64,000 nucleotides of DNA from Octopus sinensis (lineage: Eukaryota): positions 37,563 to 101,562 of the forward strand of contig NW_021832834.1 in NCBI RefSeq assembly GCF_006345805.1, in the 5' to 3' direction. The notes under the pieces were generated by a model that saw only the letters and a list, made by a program, of their open reading frames with translations, had not been told where the DNA came from and searched no databases. Positions 52,901 to 64,000 of this stretch are shown here, one piece after another. Position 1 is the stretch's first letter, and each line of letters opens with the position of its first letter. The translations under genes were made by a program, and so were the position numbers.

Positions 52901-55900
52901 ACTACGTGGGCAGAGATAACAATAGAAGGGGATGCAAATGCCTCAAAGACCTGCTCAGACGTTTCCAACTGTCTGACAGGTACCGACTGGACCACCCGAA
53001 TGTGCCAATGTGGACATGGAGTAACCGCATCGGGTCGTCCAGATCATACTTAGATAGAGTATTCTGTAGGACAATAGATAAAAATAGTGTAGGTTGTCCA
53101 CAATTTCATATAGTCAGTTACACAGATCACAAGTTTGTGACTTGTACACTTGACTTAGATAAGACACATAGGCAGGGTCCTTGTTACTGGAAACTGAACG
53201 CGTCTTTTACAGCACGACAGGTTTACAGGGACCGGATCAGCACATTAGTTAAGAGAGCTTTGACGGGTACCATCATCAACAACAGATGGTGGTATGCCCT
53301 AAAAAAAGCAATTAAAGCAGAATCAGTCAGATACAGTAAAGCCCTAGCATTAGACCGAAATAGAATAGAGGGAGAATTAGTTAAGGTTTTAGAAGAGGCA
53401 CTTAGAACTGGCATCGCGTCCAACGTGCTGGCGGCGAGATTGGCCCTCGACCAACACCTCAACGCCAAACACGAGGGATGCGTTGTCAGAGCTAGGATGC
53501 GTGCTCTGAGGAACGAAGGAATTGGAGCCGCCCAAGAGGCCCGAGTGGTGGAGACGCAACGAGGCAACAGAGCCACCATCAAGTCTCTTATAGATGAACA
53601 GGGGCGCGAATTGCTCGAGCCTAAAAGGATGTGTGGGGCTTTTCAACAACACTTCACCCAACTGTTTGGGACAAGTGGTGGGTCAGAACGCAGAGTGGAC
53701 TTTAGTGCCTACCTGCATGCCTTGCCACGACTCTCAGCAAGAGAGGTGGAGTCTTGTGAAAGGCCTATCACAGCTGCGGACGTACAGGATGCGATGGTAG
53801 GCTGCGCGAGAGACAAGTCACCAGGCTTAGATGGTCTGCCTTACGAACTTTATTTTCATATGCCAGACTTGTTTGGAGGCGTCTTGGCAGCTGTCTACTG
53901 CAACTGGCAGCAAAACGGGAGTATTCCTGCTTTTGTAAAGCGAGGAGCAGTGGCACTGATTAAGAAAGACCCAAACAAGGGGGACGTCATAGATAATTTC
54001 AGGCCCATCACTCTGCTCAACGCAGATTTGAAAATTTTGGCCAAGGTCTTAGCCGAGAGGTTGGCGCTTGTCATCAAGAAACTAATCGACAAGGCGCAAA
54101 CATGCGCCGTGCCGGGTAGAAGTATTCATGACAACCTCCATCTGATGCGCTACATTATAGACAGGGTAGTTAAAAATCCTGGCATGGGTGGGGCGCTGAT
54201 CAATTTGGATCAATCAAAAGCTTTCGATAGGGTAGACCATCACTACTTGGAGGCTGTCCTTAAAGCGGCTGGTTTCGGTCCAGTTTTCCGCGGTTGGATC
54301 GCTGCCTTATACAGCGGCACCCGCTCAGTAGTTCGCGTAAATGGTCATCTATCCAGACCTTTTAACATCATGCGTTCGGTTCGTCAGGGATGCCCCCTCT
54401 CATCGCTGCTGTATGTATTGACTCTTGAGCCACTACTGCGGAAACTGGCGACGCTGAGGGGCATCCCACGAGAGCTGGGATGCGGGAGGAGCGTGTCTGC
54501 ATACGCGGATGACGTCACCGTCATAGTGTCGAGCTACGAGCACATCGAGCTGGTCGGCGAGACACTAAAAGAATACGAAGCGGTAACGGGAGCAAAAATT
54601 AACCGGGAAAAGTCAGTAGGGTTGCGGCTCGGCACCTGGAGAAGCAGGCCCATGCCGTCCAACAGCGGCTCCATCGTGGGACGCTGGACGGACGGACCAG
54701 TTAAATTTCTCGGGGTCTGGTTCGGTCCGGACCTCCAAATGGAGAAGAACTGGGGCGAGATAACGACTAGGGTGGATACTCTCACCCAGAAATGGGCTGA
54801 GAGAAAGCTATCCCTAAAAGGTCGGGCGGAGGTGGCGAACGCGTACATCGCATCCGTCATCGAGTATCGTCTGACCGTCGTGCCTTGTCCCGACCCTACC
54901 ATCACCAAACTGGAACGTATACTCTTCCGCTTCTTGTGGAAGGGAAACGTTCCGATGGTTAGGCGATCCATTTGCTGTCAACACCCGCTAAATGGAGGGC
55001 TGGGCATGCCGTGGTTGATGATGCGCAGACATGCGCTGAGACTGCGACATCTCCGGCGCTTCATAGACAACGGTGAACAGGTGTGGTCGCCTTTTGTGCG
55101 GCGCGCTTTCCCGCAGCTCGTCTCCTTGGACGAACTACAGTCATGGATCAAGCAGAGACCGAGGCTAGGCGAATGGCACCGCGAGTGTCGCGTTGCTCTC
55201 AAGCAACTCTGCCGTCCGGGATCGAACTTGTGCGACTCCATCACAACAAAGGCATTATATAGAGGATTAGTGGAGGGGAGGTGCGACGACGAACTCGGGC
55301 AGAGTCTGGGCGTCGACGAGGAACACCTGACCCGCCTGTTCAGGACAACTTTCGGGCCGGGACCTATGAACAATCACCAAAGATCCCTGGCTTGGCAGTG
55401 CTATCGAGAAGCATTACCTGTTCGGGATAAGCTCTACAGACATGGTTCCAGACACACTGGACCGACTTGCCCGAGATGCGGTCAGAGCGACGAAACCGTT
55501 CTGCACGCACTCGTGCAATGTCCAACCATTTCAGACCTGTGGGCTTATGCCGAACGGCTGCTGTCACGTGTGGGACGAATCCGCCTATCGGCCGAGTCTA
55601 TCGTGAGAATTGCTCCGCCCCCTTCCCTCAACCGGGAAGGCAAGGCAGTCTTCATCGTACTGGTGGCCATGGTGAAAGAATGTGTGTGGTGGACCCGAGC
55701 GAAAGGATTAGAGACAAACACTTACCTCTCTGGCCAATCGCTCATCAACTTTTTCAAGTACCACTTGAAAAGGAAGGTGAGAATGGAGAGGGAAGTTTTG
55801 TCTCGCGAAAGATTAAAAAAAAGATGGGTGAATGTTGCAAAGATGGTGCGTGCTAGTGACGAAACCATTTTGAGCATGATCCTGTAGATCGTAAAAAAGA

Positions 55901-56188
55901 AAGAAAGAGAGCATTTTGATCTCATGTGGTTATTTCCTCCCTGACTGAGGTTCCCATGGTCTTTTCTGTAGGCTTTTCTTCCCACGGATGAACCCAATCT
56001 TGTTTTATCAATGTTTTTATCATTATTTCTGTGATACACGATTTCTTTTCTTTTTTTTCCTCCTCTCGATCCCTTATGATCGCAATCTTACATTTATTTT
56101 CTTCTTTTTTTCCACCCTCGAAAAGAAAAGCTCTGCATTTGTATTTGTCCCCTCTGTATTCAGCCCTGTGTGGCTAATAAAAGAAAGT
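49961..56188 (+). mobile_element. Tx1 copy E, full length
   Basis: 5' gacggacgtgctgtcac; Thr/Asn-rich ORF1 remnants at 50288-52381; long ORF2; 3' cagccctgtgtggctaataaaagaaag. TATC on both sides. Confidence 0.97.
52449..55887 (+). CDS. Tx1 ORF2: APE endonuclease, reverse transcriptase and CCHC knuckle
   Basis: 1138-aa ORF from 52471 with SETRL, VYAP, GDWNA, YLDRVF, TDHK, SPGLDG, FRPITLLN, DQSKAFDRV, RQGCPLS, AYADD and CPRC...H...C. The likely true start MLRIGSINVRGL at 52449 is separated by one extra G (52484-52488). Confidence 0.95.
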
Positions 56189-56212
56189 TATCTATATATC
56201 TATCTATCTATA

Positions 56213-57564
<1,352 letters not shown>

Positions 57565-57576
57565 AATCTGTCTGTC

Positions 57577-58290
57577 TGTGGTAGTGTTATATCTCGACTT
57601 TGCAAAGGCCGTTGATAAAATTTTATCATGGAATGATATGTCACGATGTGCGTTATCTTGGCATTGTTGGAAAATTGGGAGAATGGCTTCATGAATTTCT
57701 GAAGGATAGAAGTCAGGTGGTAGTAGCCTATGGGGCCACTTCCAATGACACTCAAATAGTGAGCCCTATTTCGTAAAGCACTATTTTCGCACAACTACTG
57801 TTCATAATTGCCCTCTCAGACGTGCCCTCAGCCACACAGAGAGCCACGATCACAAGTTATGCAGATGATACAAATGTTTCACAAGTAATACAGAACCCTA
57901 AAGACGCTATGTACCTACAATGTGAGCTGGATGAAATATACCAAATGGGCCGAAAAGAATTGCAAGCAGTTTAATAGTGAAAAGTTTCGACCTTTGTGCT
58001 ATTAGCATGCAAATCTAAATGCAATACCCAATAAATACACTGGACCTGGATGGACTGCAATCCTAGAGGCACAATCAGTGCGATACCTGGGCATTTACAT
58101 GAGTGATGATGCAACCTTTCATGTGCATGTTCCTAAATTGGCAATGAAATGTAAGCGGCTGACCGGATGAATTCTTAGAACTTTTAGACCAAGAGTGCAG
58201 GAAACCATGATGGTCCTCTGGAGGACACTTGTCCTAAGCCACCTTGACTATTGCTCTCAGCTATGGTCACCAACCAGTGCCAAATTAATC
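57577..58290 (+). mobile_element. CR1/L2-group LINE fragment, same family as 36040-37230
   Basis: gtgttatatctcgactttgcaaaggcc (YLDFAKA), acaagttatgcagatgataca (SYADDT) and cttgactattgctctcagctatggtcacca (LDYCSQLWSP). Confidence 0.85.
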
Positions 58291-58718
58291 GTATTTTATT
58301 TAATCCACAAATAACATCGTTAATCGGTTGTTCCTTATTTTAAAGGCCAGAGAAATGGGGTGGTTTTAATCAACCACATATGAAAGAATAGCTTTCCTTA
58401 TCTTCCTTCAATTTTCAGTTGGCTTTCAAATAGAAAATAATAATTCTCATTTGGATTGCTACAACAGGACGCATTGCTCACTTTCCTACAACACGTGGTG
58501 AATAATCCTGATTTATTAGGACTACACGTGGACTTCGCTCCTCTGAATTATCGTATCCAAAGTGTAAATGCTTCAAAACAGGTACAAATCATCTTCTGGA
58601 ATTTCTCTCTTGTTATACATTATTACATTCTAGGCTCATTTGTTGAATCTGTACTTAAACACCGAGCTCTGCGATAGAGTTTTCTTTAATGTTAAGTTTC
58701 TTAAAAATGCGATAGAAA

Positions 58719-58921
58719 TTTTGCAGAGATAAGGTTTTGAGGGTGAAGGTTAAGATTATGTTGATAAAACTTTAAAAAAAAAAATGTTTGGTGGAGTTTG
58801 GGATCTATTCTTACCAACCCCTAACCTACTATGACTTCCTCACAACTCTCTCAACGGTGCATATTTTCCAATGAAAGCTTTGCAGCTCAAATTTCTGTGT
58901 CTGATCCGGATCTCTGCAAAA
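58719..58921. mobile_element. Possible ~200-bp MITE
   Basis: 12-bp inverted ends ttttgcagagat / atctctgcaaaa. No TSD identified. Confidence 0.35.
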
Positions 58922-59634
58922 ATGTTATCTTATTCAATTCTTTCGACATAAAGAACATTTTAAAAAACGGACACTCGCAAAATTTTATTTTAAAATATTT
59001 GTATTCTTGAAAAGGTTATTCGAATGCAAAGTTATGGAATAGTCATCAAAACGATTCCAGCCATGGCACAATAGTCACAGCCGGAATGTCTTTCAGGATA
59101 AGTCTGGTCAGTCAGAGCTGACTCGGAGCGAAACAACAACGAGGTAATTATGAAGAATGTGATTGTCCATTGTGCTGGGTGTTTGACATATATAATGTTA
59201 CACAGCATGAAGGTCTAAATGTATCGATTTGATTGTTGTGTGATGTGATTTAATTTGAAAAAATCCAAGATTAAACTGCAATCGTTCTGCTAAAGGATCA
59301 AATCTATTGTTTATCATTATGGAAATGTTGACAAATTTCCACTGCTAAGTCTTAAGATTTTATATATCCTCTATAGTCTGTAATGTTTCTTTGATATTCC
59401 AGAATAGTAGATGACACAGGAGTTAAAGAATATCTATATGTAGTAGCGAAAAGTGAAAGATTTTGGGAAGTGAATTGTGTGGAAAGAAGCCTGTATGCAG
59501 CTCTTCAGAAGAATTGATTTCAATGATGAAATGCCAAGGAATAAAGTAAAAGAATCTTTCCACTGTGATATCTATTAAACAGGATTCGTTCAAAAAGGTA
59601 TCCACTTTACTTAGAATTGTATTCATGTTTTATA

Positions 59635-59787
59635 GGCGCAAGGGTAGCTGTGTGATATAAAGCTTCTTCCTCAACCACATGGTTCCGGGTACAGAACCAT
59701 GCATGGCACCCCGGACAAGTGTCTTCTACTATAGCCTCTGGCCGACCAAAGCCTTGTGAGTGGATTTGCTCATATATATATATATAT

Positions 59788-59848
<61 letters not shown>

Positions 59849-60229
59849 AAAAAAGGAGATGTGGAACACGAGTTGTGATATATAAAAAAAGGAAAAGAAG
59901 AAAATGCTGACAAAATAATTTAAGTAAGGGAGAGTGTATTTAATTAGGTGAAAGTTCTTTTTACCGTTGCGCATTTGTTATGCTTATCAAAGATATTTTA
60001 AAAGAGAGATAGAGTTCCTTTCTGATAGATTTTTTTCTCTTATAAGAGAAAAAAATCTATCAGAAAGGAACTCTATCTCTCTTAAAAAATATCTTTGATA
60101 AGCATAACAAATGCGCAACCGGTAAAAAGAACTTTCACCTAATTAAATACACTCTCCCTTACTTAAATTATTTTGTCAGCATTTTCTTTATTTCCTTTAT
60201 ATATATATATATTACATATATATAAATAA

Positions 60230-60285
<56 letters not shown>

Positions 60286-60510
60286 GCATGAGTGTCTCTA
60301 TGTTTGTCCCTCCACCATCACCTCCCAATAGATGTTGCTGTGTTTACACGCCCGTAACTTAGTACTTCGGCAAAATAGACCGATCGAATAAATACTAGGC
60401 TTACAAATAATAAGTCTTAGAGTCGATTTCTTCGACTCAAACTCTTTAAAGTGGTGCTCCAGCATGGTTACAGACAAATGACTGAAAGAATTAAAAGAAT
60501 AAAAGGAATA
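59635..60510 (+). mobile_element. CORE-like SINE split by an inserted palindrome
   Basis: Head at 59635-59770 and tail at 60290-60510, separated by (TA)n and 59890-60195. Confidence 0.75.
59890..60195. repeat. ~300-bp spacer-less palindrome carrying degenerate hammerhead motifs
   Basis: Centre between 60042 and 60043 (ctctta|taagag). The arms match except for small indels. Confidence 0.95.
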
Positions 60511-61325
60511 GAGATGAGAAGACTCATTGCTGTGCTGACTGTAATAAATTATTCTCTGCAAAATGTAACTTAGCTAAACATAAATGCACTCAAACAGGAG
60601 AGAAGCTATATCAGCGTGATATGTGTGGTGCATCATTTCTCAATAATAATATATAAGTAAACACACATATATTCATACAGGAGAGAAGCCGTTGTTATGT
60701 GTCTCTCTCAAAATAGTGTACAGAAGGGTGAGAAGCCAAATTAGCGTTTCTATCTGTGGTAAATCATTCTCTGTAAGAAGTCATTTAACTAAGTGTAATC
60801 TCATTCATCGGAAAGCGAAATCATATCATTGTGATATCTCTGGCAAATTGTTCTCTAGAAGCTCTGGCCCAATGTAAACACACGTGTACTCTTAAAGGGA
60901 AGATGCCATATCACTTTGACATTTGTGGTAATTCATTCTAGCAAATCACTAATTTAACTATTCGCGAGAGCATTCATACAGGAGGACAAAAACCTATCCG
61001 TATTATGTCTGCGGTAAATCATTCTCTCTGAATGGTTCCTTAACTAAACACAAACATATTCCTGTAGAAGAAGAGGTGTGTTGCTGATGTCATGGAATAT
61101 CATTGAAAAGACCATTAACTATCGGTGTATCTAATTATGCAGGTGAGCTATTGTATCAATGTCAAAAACCATTTGATAAAAGAAATATCTTATATAAGAA
61201 TAAAGGTGTCCACACAAGAAGGAAGATATGACTGTATGTTATAACAACCGCTGTACACTTTATTTTATATAACCACATCAATATTTACATTGGTAACATT
61301 GTGGAATGTTCTTTCATAATATTCA

Positions 61326-62100
61326 CTAGCAAACCTACCCATCTACGATTGGAGATGAAAGGAGGATGGAAAATAATAACAACTTTCAGTATAAATGTAT
61401 TTATACTGAAATAGGGAATGGGAAATGTAACAAAATATAAATAGCGGTTGATTTCGATTATACTCATGTAGAGTTTATATAGTACATATTCATGATATTA
61501 TTACGCTTACAAAACTTCTTTGTAACGGATATTTTGTGTTTCATCAACACTAATTTTCAAATTAGCTGAGTCCACTGCTCTGCTCATAGAGACGTACAAC
61601 TGGCCGTGTGTAAACATCGGACTGGGCAGAAACACACCAACATAATCTAAAGTCTGGCCCTAAGACTTGATATTTGTGAATGAGAAGGCTAGTTTGATGG
61701 GAAACTGCCTGTATCTTAATAGGAAGGGAAACTGGTTGTCGGAGGGTACCAGTGGTATCCGACGTGTGGACAGGTGCTTACCACTGTGAGGGCCAATCGC
61801 TATTACTACCTCGATGACGTGAGAATTGAGTTGCGTGAGGGTGTATCTTGTTCCGTTGCAATTTCCATTGGCAGGGTCAAAGTTTTGTAGGAGCATTATA
61901 GGACATTACTTTTACAGTGAGATCCTATGCTTAGGTAGTCCCGATGAATTAAAGTTGTTAAGGAAATCCTGTAGATACTGGTGCTAATTTCCATCAACTA
62001 TAATGTCCGAACTTAAATAGTGTCGACTTTCTCCTGGGAAGTTGTTAATCATGTATTCATTAACATTATTGTTTTTATTTATTTAGTTTTTGTCCTGGGT
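61326..62100 (-). mobile_element. Helitron 3' portion: PIF1-type helicase C-terminus, hairpin and CTAG end
   Basis: MLLQNFDP...CNGTR...RIPLVPSD.QFPF..R.RQFPIKLAFS.T..KSQGQT...HGQLYV. The terminal CTAG (61326-61329) is followed by T on the element strand and preceded by a degenerate hairpin. Confidence 0.88.
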
Positions 62101-62389
62101 GCTGTACCAAATTGATATCGCTGTAGAGGAAGTGTGTTGATGGAGTTAAAATAAACGCACGCACCCACACCCACACACGCATAGTGTATCTTTCTCTCTA
62201 TTTCTGTGTGTTTGTGTTTTCCTCTGTCTCTGTCTTACTCTCTATGTCTATGTGTCTGTGTGTCGCTCATACAATTTGTGTATCGCTCACACCATCAACA
62301 CCCAGAACCGTTGTAGAGATAATAATGAAAGAATAACTGAAAGTACTGTTTGAACATTCATAAATGCTATTTAGGTTTTTGTTTCTGTT

Positions 62390-62650
62390 TAGCTACTGTG
62401 CCCGATTTTCGTATAATTTATTTTCATCTATGTATTTTTATTTATGTATACGGAAATGGCTTCCGTTTTTTTTCTTCCGAATCGAAGCAGTGTAGCTAGT
62501 GTTTCCAATAAAACATTATAAACATGATATAAACCATTCTCGAGACGTCCTTAGTAAGACTGTTAATCTTCGTGCAAGTTTAATCAGTCGTTTGGCCGTG
62601 GAAAGGTCACGGACAGACGGACGGATATAAGGCCAACTATAGTACGATAT
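62390..62650 (-). mobile_element. Probable non-autonomous Helitron
   Basis: tagctactgtgcccgattttcg ... cagtcgtttggccgtggaaaggtcacggacagacggacgg matches the usual layout of short Helitron derivatives. Confidence 0.45.
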
Positions 62651-64000
62651 ACATTCCATCTAAGATATTTCCTGAGCGAAGAAAATACGATATTAATATG
62701 TTCGTCATTGTATAAATAGATGAGAAATGTATTTTCATGTATCAGTGATAACATTATATTTATTATACTAGAAATGCATATAGACACAAACTATAAAAGA
62801 TGTTTCCTCACACCATCATAGATTATACAAATATATGTATCCTGAATGTTATACACATTCATTCATGTATCTATATATATTCTTTTGGGATGTTGCTGTA
62901 TGAGTCCCATCATAATGGTGATCGTGTTGTTTATCAAATCTATATCTTTATATAATTATACGTTCCTTTCTTACGTTTGGTGTCATACTCCAGAAACTTC
63001 ATTTGAAAGGAGAAACATTTTACTGACAATAATGTTTTCTGTTTATATTAAATAAACAGTATTATTTTTATTTAAATATTTAGCCCCAGGAAATGTAATT
63101 TTACTCACAAATGCAATAAGGTACCGTAGATACGGTAGTAAGTGATAGGAAGTAAAATAAATGATATTTTAACCCGGTAAAGTCTGAATAAATAGTTTTC
63201 ATTAATGATGTGTCTATGTGTGTTTTAATTTAAACAATAGTTATTAATGAAAGAAAATACATATTGAGCCCTTTTTAATTACTGGACCTCTTATGTTAAA
63301 AAGGATTATATTTTTGGAAGGAACAGTATGAATTTAATAAGTTGTTTATATGTAATTATGCTCAGTAGCAAAACCTGCGGGATTTCCGCTAGGTTTTTCT
63401 ACTTTATATAATTTTGTCATTTCTTTCAGTTGATCCATTCATGATTTGATGGTTAAGGGGAATGTCAATTTGCAAATCTTTATAAAACCATCATGTTTTA
63501 ATTCATATAATCCGAAATAAGTGATATATTTTGTGGATTATCCTCGTTATTATTCTCATCAATGTCTTTTCTGTCAATTCACAGGCGTTTGTTTTAACGT
63601 ATCTATTTATGTGTTCGTTTCTGCTGTTCCCTCACCTGTGCCAGAACCTGAAAAACACAATGAGAAAACTTATATAAAAAAATTATTTTTCAAAGTAAAA
63701 TATCCCTAGCCCTTATATTGTTTTATGTAACCCCAGTTGCCATCCACTGTTTTCCCATACGTTAAGATATTATTACATGGATGAATCATGGATGACCAAC
63801 GCAATTTATATTAGAAACATTAGTTACAGAAACTAGAAATGAGAATTTAATTATCGGTCCTATGTCGTAAAATATTGGCAATATTGGTTCAGGAATATCT
63901 TCCAGAACAACTGAACAACTTGAGAGGGAAAATATGAGAGACTTCTTAGTTCTATTGTGTGGATGTATGCTTTACGTAGATCCATCTGTGGCCGTGTGTT

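Larger units (their letters stand above)
59470..61090 (+). pseudogene. Decayed C2H2 zinc-finger gene interrupted by a SINE and a palindrome
   Basis: N-terminal IDFNDEMP...SFHCDI near 59515-59575; fingers HTGEK, ICGKSFSVRSHLTKCNLIHRKAKSYHCDISGKLFSR and CGKSFSLNGSLTKHKHI at 60580-61070, with stops. Confidence 0.8.

Overview
AT-rich, microsatellite-dense eukaryotic DNA, very likely an octopus (inferred from the SINE families, the C2H2 zinc-finger style and the TE mix). Host content: three phase-compatible exons of an adhesion-type GPCR (1019-1163, 2622-2694, 5056-5447; possible last exon 16064-16116) and two decayed C2H2 zinc-finger genes in opposite orientation. The rest is mostly nested transposons: SINEs, Tc1, mariner, R4/Dong, RTE, CR1/L2-group LINEs, Penelope-like (PLE) remnants and Helitron pieces. 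Three systems stand out. (1) Six Tx1-clade LINE copies sit in (GATA)n/(TATC)n arrays with fixed polarity. One is near-intact, and their 3' end resembles the tail of an abundant local SINE. (2) Four unrelated type-I hammerhead-ribozyme motifs with palindromic helix III occur; two lie in ~290-bp palindromes and one has an intact catalytic core. (3) The window has a mirror-image layout (ZNF - LINE - GATA/Tx1 | TATC/Tx1 - LINE - ZNF) centred near 46.4-47.6 kb. All family names come from motif recognition by eye; no database searches were run.
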